A stretch of DNA of 64,000 bases from a virus. The stretch lies in IMG/VR virus record IMGVR_UViG_3300037258_000514, positions 1 through 64,000 of that record; one strand, given 5' to 3'. Below, piece by piece: positions 8,775 to 19,011 of the stretch. How positions within the stretch are numbered: position 1 is the stretch's first letter; each line of letters starts with the position of its first letter. The position numbers were made by a program, and so were the translations under genes. Under the pieces are notes generated by a model. That model did no database searches. It was not told the origin of the DNA and was given only the letters and a program-made list of their open reading frames with translations.

Positions 8775-10203
8775 ATTATTCTTGTTGTTGCTAATTGTAT
8801 TTTGTGGATGTGCAAGAGCAGCAAATACCCTACTTATTACAGATCCTTCTATGTGGGAATATGTAGATGCTCAAATACTGCAGGGTATAATGCCCGTTAG
8901 TAATGGGGCAGCAAATGATGGTTGGATAATCGTTCAAGACGCTGGATTTGCATGTGAAACAACAACAGCTAGTTGTTTAAATGAATATATGGTTCCAACT
9001 ATTTCAGGCACAGTGTTGGCGTTTTGTTTTAATTCAGGTACAAACGAAACAATACTCAGCGTAACTGGTGGTAGCGGCTGGACTGTTCAACCCTTATCGC
9101 ATCTTGTTGATAATACAAATGGTTCTTATGGAGAGTGCATTACAAGCGCAGCAGGTACATCGGGACTTTCGAATTTAACATTGAATTTAAACGGAGCAAT
9201 AAGTGGGGGATTTTATACAGATTTATTTGAATTACTCCCGCCACCAGGTTCTACGGCTTCGTTTGATACAGCAAATACAGTATCACTTACTTCCTGCACG
9301 AGTTGTCAAGCTGCATCAGTTAGTATATCAACTACAGATATAATAGTAGATTTTATAGTGAATTTTACTAATTTTACTACGACACCAAGTTTTTGGACTT
9401 CGCCCTACATATCGACAATAGTTAATAATGGTATAGGTAAGAATCTGACTAACGGGACAGGTGCTACAGCAACTCAAAGTCCGACCGGTCCATTTAATGA
9501 AATTACTCTTGCTTTCAAATCTACGGCAGGTCTTTTCACGCCGCCAGCAGAGATTCAATCATTACATGGTCTGACAATCGTATCTGATGCGATAGATTGT
9601 ACTCCTATTTGTTCTGCTATTACGCTTACTCCGGCGCCAACGCCAGGCGATTTACTATTTATTCAAGCAGCCGATGAAAATAGTGGTCAACACATTACAT
9701 CAATTAGCGATGGGCATAGCGGAGGTTATACAGTTCCTAGCGGAGCTAATACATGTCAGAACACAGGACCAACAACAAATAATGACGAAAGTTGTGGCTA
9801 TTCCCTGTCAGTCCCGTCCAGTGTTACACAACTTACTATTACAATGAATAGTACGGGATTTGTTGGATTTTTAATTTGGGATGTTCATAAGTCTAGTGGG
9901 GTTTGGAGTTTTGATAGTCAAAATTCTTTAACTACATCTAGTACATCACAATATATAAGTTGTCCTTCATTAAGTATTACAGGAAAAAATGATGCCATCT
10001 TTCAAGCTGCAATTCAAACGGGATCATTTGCAGTTAGTAGCCCTAGCTTCTACCCATTTGCTTGGCAAAATAGTAGTTGGGGAAATCCTGTATTGGTCGG
10101 CGCAGCCAGCGGTGCACTGGGTTTAAACTACAATAAGTACTATCAATGTGTGTGGGAGAGCAATGAAACGCCTTCTGCATTGTATAGTATAGCATTTAAG
10201 TAA
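8752..10203 (+). CDS. Secreted-type S/T/Cys-rich beta-sandwich repeat protein
   Basis: Signal peptide KLFLLLLIVFCGCARA; start ATG 8752 is a guess. Confidence 0.55.
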   Translation: MVVGLRAKLFLLLLIVFCGCARAANTLLITDPSMWEYVDAQILQGIMPVSNGAANDGWIIVQDAGFACETTTASCLNEYMVPTISGTVLAFCFNSGTNETILSVTGGSGWTVQPLSHLVDNTNGSYGECITSAAGTSGLSNLTLNLNGAISGGFYTDLFELLPPPGSTASFDTANTVSLTSCTSCQAASVSISTTDIIVDFIVNFTNFTTTPSFWTSPYISTIVNNGIGKNLTNGTGATATQSPTGPFNEITLAFKSTAGLFTPPAEIQSLHGLTIVSDAIDCTPICSAITLTPAPTPGDLLFIQAADENSGQHITSISDGHSGGYTVPSGANTCQNTGPTTNNDESCGYSLSVPSSVTQLTITMNSTGFVGFLIWDVHKSSGVWSFDSQNSLTTSSTSQYISCPSLSITGKNDAIFQAAIQTGSFAVSSPSFYPFAWQNSSWGNPVLVGAASGALGLNYNKYYQCVWESNETPSALYSIAFK

Positions 10204-10216
10204 ATTAGATAACTAA

Positions 10217-10555
10217 ATGAACTACTACCTACAAGATTCGGGAGCAAACAATTGGCAGTTAGGTGTTACTCCTTATGGAGATTTAACAACAGCTCCTGTT
10301 GGAGCTGTGTCTATTCCAACATTAGTATTGAAAGATCTTGCAGGAAACTATTGGGTTTTAGGAGTAACAACTGATGGGGTATTAACCACAACAGGAACTA
10401 GTCCTGCAACTGTTACAACAATTAATTTGCAGGACGGAGCGACGTATTTTTGGAATGTACAGATCACAATATTCGGACAGCTCGAAACATTTTTTCTATC
10501 GGGTAATATACTTCCTGAAGATATGACGCCAGGATCGGAATTTGTGTGGTGTTAA
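10217..10555 (+). CDS. Small protein with three internal beta-repeats
   Basis: L(Q/K)D.....W.(L/V).(V/I)T..G.L.T repeated three times. Confidence 0.65.
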   Translation: MNYYLQDSGANNWQLGVTPYGDLTTAPVGAVSIPTLVLKDLAGNYWVLGVTTDGVLTTTGTSPATVTTINLQDGATYFWNVQITIFGQLETFFLSGNILPEDMTPGSEFVWC

Positions 10556-10563
10556 AATTTTAG

Positions 10564-13500
10564 ATGTTTAGACAATATCAATACGATGAGCTAACTCAGC
10601 CAACAGTAGTTCCGGCTAATCCAGTTACTCCCTCTATTGATGGTTGGGGACAACCTCAAATCCAACCTACAAGTAATTTCTTATCGAAAGCGCGGGGCTT
10701 TGCTGTTGCATTAATTGCAACAGGAATTTTCTTTACAACTATTGTAACTCCGCATGCTGACGCTTTAAGTGGAGTTTCTTCTTCTGTAAATAGAATAAGA
10801 TTTCAGAAGAAATTTGCTTCCCGAATCCCAAGTTTCTTCTGGAGTGACTATACTCCTCCTGCTGCATTAACTCCTGTTCCTTTTGTTTGCGCAGAATATC
10901 CTACTAAATTTTATGCAAAAAAATATCTTACAGAAGCAGTAGATACGTCTGATGGACAAGCTTCTATAGGTATACCTCCTCCAGCTGTTAAGCAAATAGG
11001 CGGAAGTGCAGGCAAAAGTTTAAGAATTAAGTTTACAAAACCGTCCGTAGCACTAACTCCTTCATTCTTCTGGAGCGGCTATACTCCTGTTATAACTCTA
11101 CCAACAGGTTGGTTAACATTAACTAATCAACCTGCAACGTTAAAAGTAACGTCTAGAGCTGTTTATGAATACAACTCTAATGTTCCTCCGCCGCAACAGT
11201 TAGATTGGATTCAACCACAGAGTCAACCTGTTTCTAGAAAAGTATTAACTACTGCTGAACAACAAGCTGTAATCTTTGGTAGACCGATCGCTCAAGAATA
11301 TCTTGTAGGCGACATTTCAATATCACAACCGTATTCTACAAGAAAAGTTTTACATGCTTCTCAGCAACTGTATTACTTTGCTCCATTATCAGAGCAGTCA
11401 GAAAATGTTCTCGTAAGTAGCTGGTTTCAGAATACACAACAACCTTATCCTTTCAAGAAGTCTTTACCATCAGCTGAACAACAAGCTACATTCTGGAACA
11501 CATCAACTTCTCCAGAAAACGTACTTGTACCAAGCTGGAGTCCAAACTATCCGCAATCTTATCCAACTAGACCTTCTCTACGAACAGAAGATCAACAGTA
11601 CTTCTTCTTTGGAAAGCAGGTAGCCCAAGAATATCTTGTTGGAAATGTTCCTGTAGCACAGCCAGTAGTTAGACTACGTAATAGTGCTGTGTATGAACCA
11701 GCTTCAGGATGGATATTCACTCCACCGCCGGTTCAGACATTTAATGCTTGGTTACCGATATATCCGGATAATGTTTACGGAAGAGATTATTTACTAGCCG
11801 CGCAGCAGCAGGCAACATTTTGGAATACTTCTACTCAACCTGAAAACGTTCTTGAAAGCAGTTGGCAGGGAGTACAGGGACAACAAACACGTAACAGAAG
11901 AATTCAATCAACAGAAGCTGTAAGCTTTATTTCAGATCAGGGATTAGCTTCTGTTATACTTCCTGAGAGAAGCGTTGTAGTAAAAGCCCTTGCTACATAC
12001 CAACCATGTTCAACATGGTTAGCGCAACCAACGTCAACAGTCCTACTTGATTGGCAGCAACCACAATCACAACCTGTAATAGCGAAAAGGGCGACTCAGC
12101 TAGAATCTGTAACAGTTGTTCAACAGCAGTTTAGACTCGATTGGTCTCCTTTTTATCCGGATAGTATTTCGATAAAGAAACTGTTAGTAGCCGAACAACA
12201 GTTCTTAGCTTTAAATACATCTACAAGTCCAGAAACAGTATTTGAGAGTAGTTGGCAAGGTGTTTCATGGAGTTCGCGTCCTACTAAGCAATATCCGTTA
12301 TCTGCTCAGCAACAAGCATTCTTCTGGAACACATTAACACCGCCGGATACGTTGTTCCCCTCGCATTGGGGGCCACAGTATCCACAACCGTTCCCGAAGA
12401 AGCTATATTTACAAACAGCATCGATCCCTTCGACATTTTGGAATACTTCTACTCAATCTGAAGTTGTTACAGAAGATAGATGGCATCAACCGCAAAGTCA
12501 GCCGTATCCGTTTAAGCCATATAGACCAGCAGCCGTTTATCCGACTTCGTTTTACGATCCATCATTTGCTACAGAAGTAGTGGAAGTAAGTAGTTGGGCG
12601 CAGCAGCAATCGCAACCAACACCTAAACGGTTCCCAAGAGCTTCTTACGAAACTATTACATGGGCTCCGTTTACTCCAGCAGCAGTTTCACTAAATTGGT
12701 TCCAACAGATACAACAACCTATAAGGAAAGCTGTATCTGTAAGAAGTGATATAACATTTGTTCAACCAGTTGAAGAGGGTTGGAACCAACAACAAGCTAT
12801 TGTAGTAAGAAAGCAAACAGCACAACAGCAACAAGCTTCGTTCTGGAATACATTTACTCCAGCTGAGGTTATAACTGCTGATAAGTGGCAACCAGTTTGG
12901 CCGCAACCCTTCCCAGCGAAGCGTGTTCTTACAACTGCTGAACAACAAACCGTATTCTGGAACACATCAACTTCTCCAGAAACAGTATTTGTAAGTAGTT
13001 GGATATCTCAACAAAATCAATCTGTTCGTAAATTAGCGTCAGCACAACAGCAGAGTTTCTTCTGGAGCAATTATACTCCTGTTAGTGTATCGTTAGATTG
13101 GTTCCAACAGATACAGCAGCCAGTAAAAACTGTTGTAAAGATAAATACAAGTGCAATTACATTTGTTCAACCAACTGAGGAGGGTTGGAACCAACAACAA
13201 GCTATTGTAGTAAGAAAGCAAGTTGCTCAATATCAATCATTCTTCTGGAACGATTTCACACCTGTAGCAATTTCAGGGTTTGCTACACCAGCTCCTGTTT
13301 ATCCGGATAGAGTCTTAAGTAGGCAGTATTTGCCTGCAAATCAGCAGGCATTCTTCTGGGGAGAATTTACACCTGCTGTTGTTGCAATTACACAACCTGT
13401 TACACTTTATCCCGATAGATTAGTAGGCAGACGTTATTTAATCGCTGATCATCAATCATGTTTCTGGAGTGGATTTACTCCTTATGCTCCGGCAGCAATG

Positions 13501-14181
13501 GATTGGCAGCAGGCAGGTAATCAACCCAGACAAGAAAAGAAGCTTCTCGCTACAGCTGAACAACAGGCACTCGCTTGGAATACAAGTACAAGTGCGGAAA
13601 CAATATTTGTAAGTAGTTGGGTACAACCACAGAATCAACCGAAACTAACTGAGAAGTACCGAAGAGCTTGTTATGATTGGGTTAATTGGATTCCGTTCAC
13701 TCCAGCTGAAGAAGGATCAATGGAGTGGGCGCAACCGATTAATCAACCATATCCATACAAGCACACGCTTGCAACTGCTCAGCAACAAGCATTTTTCTGG
13801 CATATTTCAACCGAAGAAGAAACTGTTACCGTTTCTTCTTGGATGCCACCAATTGAACAGCCTTATCCTTATGGTAAGCATTTTGGAGTAGCGTTACAAC
13901 AAACTTCGGTATGGCATATTTCAACGCAGCAAGAACTTGTTCTTGTAAGTAGTTGGGTACAGCCGATTAGTCAGCCTTATCCTTATACAAGAGTACTACT
14001 AAACGCGCACCAACTTTCAACTGTATGGAATAACTTAACTCCTCCACCGGTTATCCCTGCATTTGTTCAGGGAACAGGAATCGTTACAGAAGCTGTAGTT
14101 GTTTCAGGAGCAGTAACACAAAACGTTAATGCTACAGGAGAAGTTTCTTCTGTACAGGGAACAGGGAGTGTTATTCAATAA
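10564..14181 (+). CDS. 1205-aa Q/P/W/S/T-rich repeat protein (putative virion scaffold)
   Basis: Many imperfect W.Q.Q.QP...AEQQA.FWNT.T.PE.V..SS repeats; coupled (TAATG) to the head-tail adaptor. Confidence 0.7.
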   Translation: MFRQYQYDELTQPTVVPANPVTPSIDGWGQPQIQPTSNFLSKARGFAVALIATGIFFTTIVTPHADALSGVSSSVNRIRFQKKFASRIPSFFWSDYTPPAALTPVPFVCAEYPTKFYAKKYLTEAVDTSDGQASIGIPPPAVKQIGGSAGKSLRIKFTKPSVALTPSFFWSGYTPVITLPTGWLTLTNQPATLKVTSRAVYEYNSNVPPPQQLDWIQPQSQPVSRKVLTTAEQQAVIFGRPIAQEYLVGDISISQPYSTRKVLHASQQLYYFAPLSEQSENVLVSSWFQNTQQPYPFKKSLPSAEQQATFWNTSTSPENVLVPSWSPNYPQSYPTRPSLRTEDQQYFFFGKQVAQEYLVGNVPVAQPVVRLRNSAVYEPASGWIFTPPPVQTFNAWLPIYPDNVYGRDYLLAAQQQATFWNTSTQPENVLESSWQGVQGQQTRNRRIQSTEAVSFISDQGLASVILPERSVVVKALATYQPCSTWLAQPTSTVLLDWQQPQSQPVIAKRATQLESVTVVQQQFRLDWSPFYPDSISIKKLLVAEQQFLALNTSTSPETVFESSWQGVSWSSRPTKQYPLSAQQQAFFWNTLTPPDTLFPSHWGPQYPQPFPKKLYLQTASIPSTFWNTSTQSEVVTEDRWHQPQSQPYPFKPYRPAAVYPTSFYDPSFATEVVEVSSWAQQQSQPTPKRFPRASYETITWAPFTPAAVSLNWFQQIQQPIRKAVSVRSDITFVQPVEEGWNQQQAIVVRKQTAQQQQASFWNTFTPAEVITADKWQPVWPQPFPAKRVLTTAEQQTVFWNTSTSPETVFVSSWISQQNQSVRKLASAQQQSFFWSNYTPVSVSLDWFQQIQQPVKTVVKINTSAITFVQPTEEGWNQQQAIVVRKQVAQYQSFFWNDFTPVAISGFATPAPVYPDRVLSRQYLPANQQAFFWGEFTPAVVAITQPVTLYPDRLVGRRYLIADHQSCFWSGFTPYAPAAMDWQQAGNQPRQEKKLLATAEQQALAWNTSTSAETIFVSSWVQPQNQPKLTEKYRRACYDWVNWIPFTPAEEGSMEWAQPINQPYPYKHTLATAQQQAFFWHISTEEETVTVSSWMPPIEQPYPYGKHFGVALQQTSVWHISTQQELVLVSSWVQPISQPYPYTRVLLNAHQLSTVWNNLTPPPVIPAFVQGTGIVTEAVVVSGAVTQNVNATGEVSSVQGTGSVIQ

Positions 14182-15167
14182 TGTCAACAACGATAGTATC
14201 TCCTCCACAATCCTTTACGTTTAGAGCGCTACAACAAGCCCAGATAACGTGGAACCTAACAGATCAGTTAGGAGTTCCGATTACTGGAGCCACTGTTAAT
14301 GCAACATGCTATGTTGACCAAAATATTCAAAATCCTACATTGTATCCTGGTACACCAATTGCAGGATTTAACAACGTTGTATTTACGGAGACACCTGCTC
14401 TTTCGGGAATATACATAGTAATTCTTCCTGCATCTATTTCACCACCGCAATGTACGATTGGATATGTTACGGTAATTTCCGCTCTGCTGGGTCCGACTGC
14501 TGTCGGAACATGGACGATACCAACTGTTTTTGTTCCGCCACAAAATATAATCGACCTTGTAACTCTAGAACAAGCAAAAGATTGGTTAGGTATCGCCTCA
14601 AGCAATACAGATTCGGATGGCACTATTCAATTTATTATTTCAGCATTCAGCGAATACGTAATTAACAGAACGGGAATCAGTTCATTTAATTCAATTCAAA
14701 CTTACAACGAGACTTATGATGGGAATGGTGCGTCTAGAATGTTTGTGCGAAATCCGCCCATTCAATCATTAATTTTATTACAAATCGGATCTAATCAGAT
14801 TTCTGTTTCATCTGGTCCTACATCAACGGGCATATATGTTGAGGATTCTAGAAAGTCTATTGCATTTAGATCTTCAGGATGGGCGTTGTATCCTCCTCAG
14901 TCGATATATCCTTATGTGTTTACTTCAGGACAAGGAAATGTTTTAGTTAGCTACTTAGGTGGTTATACATCCGTTCCCTTTGATTTAGGTGAGACGTGCA
15001 TGAAAGTTGTTGGAATCAACTACACAAGACAAGCTTTTATTGACTTAGCTAGCAAAACAATTGCGGCAGGCGGAGGTGCAACAGGGACAACGCGATATAG
15101 GGATTGGGCCATGCCACCTGAATGTGAACGCGTAATCTACTTCTACCAAAGAAGGGCGATGCCTTAA
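14181..15167 (+). CDS. Head-tail connector/adaptor with N-terminal Ig-like extension
   Basis: DLVTLEQAKDWLGI...YNETYDG...YLGGY..VPFDL typical of gp6/gp15-like connectors. Confidence 0.75.
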   Translation: MSTTIVSPPQSFTFRALQQAQITWNLTDQLGVPITGATVNATCYVDQNIQNPTLYPGTPIAGFNNVVFTETPALSGIYIVILPASISPPQCTIGYVTVISALLGPTAVGTWTIPTVFVPPQNIIDLVTLEQAKDWLGIASSNTDSDGTIQFIISAFSEYVINRTGISSFNSIQTYNETYDGNGASRMFVRNPPIQSLILLQIGSNQISVSSGPTSTGIYVEDSRKSIAFRSSGWALYPPQSIYPYVFTSGQGNVLVSYLGGYTSVPFDLGETCMKVVGINYTRQAFIDLASKTIAAGGGATGTTRYRDWAMPPECERVIYFYQRRAMP

Positions 15168-15745
15168 TGCCAAAAATTATTTCATTTTCTTTCGATGGAT
15201 CAGATACGCGCGCTGTTGCCGCACTCAGAGTTACAAACGAACGCCTTACTGTAATGCTTCTTGAAAAGATGACATTTCTAATGACTCGTTTACAAGAAAA
15301 GATTAGAGGGAAAATTCACTCAGTATCAGGCAAATTAAGTAGTAGTATTGATAATCCAAGAGCTGAAGTTGAAGGGACGAATATTGTAGGAAAACTTGAC
15401 GTAGGAAAAACAGCTATTAGTGAGGATGGATTTAACTATACAATGGCTGTTGAGAAAGGCATTGAAAAAGAATACGAAATACACCCGTTAGCTGTTGAAG
15501 GTACAAGGATGTATTTAAATCCTAAAGGATTATGGAGAAGAGGACACCATAAGGGAGCGATTAGACGTTTTGGACAAGGAAACTTACAACTATTTTCGCA
15601 GAAGCTTGGAAAGGAAGTATTTGCTAGTTATGTTACACATGGACCTGTTGAAGGTAAGTATTTTATCAAGTCTAGTTTAGAAGAAATGCAAGAAGAATTT
15701 AGACAGGGAATTATCGAAACGTTAGAGAGTGTTAATCAATCTTAG
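15167..15745 (+). CDS. Neck/tail completion protein (HK97 gp10-like)
   Basis: SGKLSSSI, Y..AVEKG, VTHGP...KYFIK; position after adaptor. Confidence 0.65.
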   Translation: MPKIISFSFDGSDTRAVAALRVTNERLTVMLLEKMTFLMTRLQEKIRGKIHSVSGKLSSSIDNPRAEVEGTNIVGKLDVGKTAISEDGFNYTMAVEKGIEKEYEIHPLAVEGTRMYLNPKGLWRRGHHKGAIRRFGQGNLQLFSQKLGKEVFASYVTHGPVEGKYFIKSSLEEMQEEFRQGIIETLESVNQS

Positions 15746-15753
15746 GAGTTATT

Positions 15754-16011
15754 ATGCCAAATACACGTGCAGTGCGATCTTACAAATTGTCTGGTATGAA
15801 GAAAGCATCCGATGGCGGAGTACCGTCGCAGGGTGTTCCTCCAGAAAACTCTACATATCCTGTTTTTGTAATGGAACCAGAACCAACAGAAGGAAATTCA
15901 AATCTTTACTCAGGAACGCCTGAGAATAAAGAATATTTGGGACGTTTACCAACAACACCTACGCCAATCGGAACAGTTGATCTTGGTCCCGTGGATCAGA
16001 AAGCAAAGTAA
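15754..16011 (+). CDS. Pro-rich hypothetical protein
   Basis: SD AGGAG upstream. Confidence 0.55.
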   Translation: MPNTRAVRSYKLSGMKKASDGGVPSQGVPPENSTYPVFVMEPEPTEGNSNLYSGTPENKEYLGRLPTTPTPIGTVDLGPVDQKAK

Positions 16012-16018
16012 AGTTTAA

Positions 16019-16060
16019 CTGCAAGTTGTTTTGATTTGCTTAGCGTTTAACGAGTAGTTA
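16019..16060 (+). promoter_or_regulatory. Conserved intergenic motif, copy 1
   Basis: CTGCAAGTTGTTTTGATTTGCTTAGCGTTTAACGAGTAGTTA, 36/42 identical to the reverse complement of 63431..63472. Confidence 0.65.
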
Positions 16061-16074
16061 AGGGAGAGTTGTAT

Positions 16075-16509
16075 ATGAATGCTATTGAATTAACTAACGC
16101 GCTTAGACCAGAAGAAAATAAGGATTGTTACAGTTTTTCAATTAGTACCAAAAAAGTTGTCACATACCTTCGTGATTTAGCAAATAAACTTGAAAGAGAT
16201 GAGGCAGGTATTCAATCTATTAAGATTGATAGCACTGCAGAATTTGATGAATTCCCTCGAGTAACGTTAAACGTTTGCTTTGTTGAAAAAATAAAACCCC
16301 ATGCTGATGAAATAGCTTTAGAAAGAAAGAAAAGCGAATCTTTCGATATGCGAGTGTTTTCAGGTAAAATACCAAAACAAGTTGCAAAGCTAACACTGCC
16401 TGCGAAGATGCAAAAATTGGCAAATGAAACAGGTATGCCTATCGAACCTCCTCCACAAGACTTTTTAGATAACATCGCCATTGCAGAATCATTAAGGTGG
16501 AATAAGTAA
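16075..16509 (+). CDS. Hypothetical protein inserted in head-tail module
   Basis: SD GGGAGAG; charged composition unlike structural neighbours. Confidence 0.6.
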   Translation: MNAIELTNALRPEENKDCYSFSISTKKVVTYLRDLANKLERDEAGIQSIKIDSTAEFDEFPRVTLNVCFVEKIKPHADEIALERKKSESFDMRVFSGKIPKQVAKLTLPAKMQKLANETGMPIEPPPQDFLDNIAIAESLRWNK

Positions 16510-16510
16510 T

Positions 16511-16981
16511 ATGGCTATTCAGCCTTTACCTCACGCGACGAGGAACCAAGTTTTTACTGCTCTCTATAACTTGCTTCTAACGACTCCACCGCCTGTCGGT
16601 CAGAAGTGGAACTATACTAGTCAATCATTGGAGTTATGGGATCAAGTTAAAGAAGCTAACCAACCTTCGTTGTTTTTACATAGAAGTGTGCAGATTGCAA
16701 CAGAAAATCATGCCTATGGTGTAACGAAGTGGTTATGGAAATCTTCTGTTTGGGTTTACTATAGAGTTGAGAACTACAATACAAAGAATACTTATCCGGA
16801 TCAATTAACAGATCAGTTTCTTGACGGATTAGAACAAGTGTTTTTACCTGTTCCGCCTTATAAGAACCAAACACTAGGTGGACTGTGCGTTAATGCGTGG
16901 ATAGATGGTCAGTGTATTTTTGATTCTGGTCTACAGGACGGACAGGCAGTTATTGTCATTCCTATTTCAATATACGTATGA
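16511..16981 (+). CDS. Tail terminator-like protein
   Basis: QPSLF, QTLGGL, GQAVIVIPI; position before tail tube. Confidence 0.6.
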   Translation: MAIQPLPHATRNQVFTALYNLLLTTPPPVGQKWNYTSQSLELWDQVKEANQPSLFLHRSVQIATENHAYGVTKWLWKSSVWVYYRVENYNTKNTYPDQLTDQFLDGLEQVFLPVPPYKNQTLGGLCVNAWIDGQCIFDSGLQDGQAVIVIPISIYV

Positions 16982-17694
16982 TTGTATATCTAATTACAAA
17001 TAATCGTGTATTTAACAAATACAACTGTAACAATATGTTATACGTTGGATGGACAAGTACGGATTTTAAAACTCGATGGAAATTACATTTATACGAAGTA
17101 CAGAGAGGAGGGAAGTATTACTTTAATAATGCAATTAGAAAATACGGTTCGGAAAGTTTTACATATGAAATTCTCTCTACAGTTAATACTGTAGCAGAAG
17201 CGCATAGTTTAGAACAGTTATGGATTTCTGTTCTTAGAACATATGATCCGGAATATGGTTATAACATGACCTATGGAGGTGAGGGAGCTAAACATACTAT
17301 AGGTACGAGGAAAAAATTACGCGAATTAAGATTAGGAAAATCTCCTGTTAACAAAGGTAAGTCTAATGTTGAATTTTTTGGAAAAGAACGCGCTGCTGCA
17401 ATTAAAAATCAAAACTCTTCTTCAAAGCGAGGAAAAATTTCGCCTATAAGAGGTATTCCCCGTACGCAGGAAGTAAAGAATAAAATTCGAAATACGTTAA
17501 TATCTAAAAAACTTCAATCATCGAAGAAAGGCAGAACTTATGAAGAGATTTACGGTAGAGAAAAAGCTGTTGAATTAAAACGAAATTTGAGATCTTCTGT
17601 CAAACTCAAGCGTTTGTATTTTTCTCCTCCTGTCGGAGAATTACAAGATGTAAACTTAACTAGAAGTGACAAAGGAGAACATCAATGCCTGTAA
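16978..17694 (+). mobile_element. Free-standing GIY-YIG homing endonuclease with NUMOD3-like repeats
   Basis: IVYLITN...YVGWT, NAIRKYG, GYNMTYGGEG, basic KG repeats. Confidence 0.85.
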
Positions 17695-18443
17695 TCGAGT
17701 TCGGAAGTGGCCTGCTATACGGAACACCAAATGCCGGCAATCTCCCTACAAATCCTACACCTATTCGCCTTTTACTTCAGGAAGTTTCAATTGATTTCAA
17801 AGGCGATTTAAAGAAACTATACACACAGTCTCAGTTGCCAATTGCGACCGCTCGCGGTAAGATCGACGTAACTGGTAAAGCTAAAATTGTAAACTTTGAT
17901 CCTGATCCCATCAATCAACTTTTCTGGGCGCAGTCAATTGCAACCGGAATTGAAATTCCTGTGGATCAAGAAGCTGATACTATTCCATCAGTATCAACTT
18001 TCACCATTACTGTTACAAATGGAGCAACATTTGCTGTTGATCACGGTGTGTCATTTACAACGGGATCTAGGTCAGGTCAGTTGTTACTAAACGTTGCATC
18101 AGCTCCAGCAACGGGACAGTATCAAGTTAATGCGTCAGGTACATATACATTTGCTGCTGTTGATAACAGTTTGGGCGTAGCGATTAGCTATACCTACACG
18201 AATGCAACACGCGGTAAGACCATTACACTAACGAACCAGTTAATGGGTTATGCGCCTATCGTACAGATGGACTTGTTTGCTAACTTCAGAAACAAAGTTT
18301 TGGGTATTAGACTTAATGCTTGCACTTTGGGCAGCTGGTCTTATCCTTCAAAGCTTGAGGACTTCTGGATGGCAGACGTGGCGTTTGACGCTAACACAGA
18401 TAACAGCAACAATCTCGGCAAGATCTTCGCCGACACATTTTAA
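17685..18443 (+). CDS. Major tail tube protein
   Basis: LQEVSIDF.GD.K.LY...PIA.ARGK; upstream of chaperone and tape measure; SD AAGGAG. Confidence 0.75.
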   Translation: MPVIEFGSGLLYGTPNAGNLPTNPTPIRLLLQEVSIDFKGDLKKLYTQSQLPIATARGKIDVTGKAKIVNFDPDPINQLFWAQSIATGIEIPVDQEADTIPSVSTFTITVTNGATFAVDHGVSFTTGSRSGQLLLNVASAPATGQYQVNASGTYTFAAVDNSLGVAISYTYTNATRGKTITLTNQLMGYAPIVQMDLFANFRNKVLGIRLNACTLGSWSYPSKLEDFWMADVAFDANTDNSNNLGKIFADTF

Positions 18444-18457
18444 TCGATGTGTCATTT

Positions 18458-18495
18458 TGGTAGGGAGGCTCTTACAGATCCCTACCAGTTTATTT
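18458..18495 (+). terminator. Stem-loop after tail tube gene
   Basis: TGGTAGGGA...TCCCTACCA 9-bp stem then GTTTATTT. Confidence 0.55.
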
Positions 18496-18503
18496 AATAT
18501 ACT

Positions 18504-18657
18504 ATGTCTACTCTTGGATATAAGCACTCTCCGGAAACGATTGCTAGAATAAGGGCTTCTAATCTTGGAACTTCGTTATACTGTAAGTAATGGATTAACG
18601 CTGTGTCCTAGCTGTCACAGAAAAGAAGAAACTAAATTAACAAAAGAGAGGAATTCA
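18504..18657 (+). pseudogene. Internally deleted NUMOD3-HNH homing endonuclease remnant
   Basis: MSTLGYKHSPETIARIRASNLG (NUMOD3) joined out of frame to ELRYTVSNGLTLCPSCHRKE (HNH C-terminus). Confidence 0.7.
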
Positions 18658-19011
18658 ATGAACACAGAAGTTAAGATTAATGAAAAATCATACCAAGCTG
18701 CTCCCTTGCGACTAAAGCAACTACGAACTATCAGCGAGATGATTGGTGCAGGATTGCCAACACCAAAAAGTGCTTACGAGGATATTAGTCGTTGGCTTCC
18801 TTTTGTTCTTCAATGTTTGCAAGTTAATCATCCTGAAGTAACAGCAGATACGCTTGACGAAATGACTCCCCAGGAGTTTACGGAAGCTTGGCAAGCAATT
18901 GTAGCAAATTCGAAGGTTAAAGTTGTTTCGGGGGAAACGAAGCCGGCGCCGAATGGAGTGCTATCTACGGAAGGCTCGCTACCGCCGTCGGCTGGTCCTA
19001 CCGTACAATAG
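18658..19011 (+). CDS. Tail assembly chaperone (short form)
   Basis: SD GAGAGG before ATG 18658; between tube and tape measure genes. Confidence 0.75.
   Translation: MNTEVKINEKSYQAAPLRLKQLRTISEMIGAGLPTPKSAYEDISRWLPFVLQCLQVNHPEVTADTLDEMTPQEFTEAWQAIVANSKVKVVSGETKPAPNGVLSTEGSLPPSAGPTVQ

Noticed and set aside
16019-16060. Sigma54 promoter reading of the repeated motif (TTGC)
   Set aside because: No GG at the required -24 spacing
18565-18657. N-terminal extension of the tail chaperone in the ORF track
   Set aside because: It is an HNH remnant; the SD supports ATG 18658
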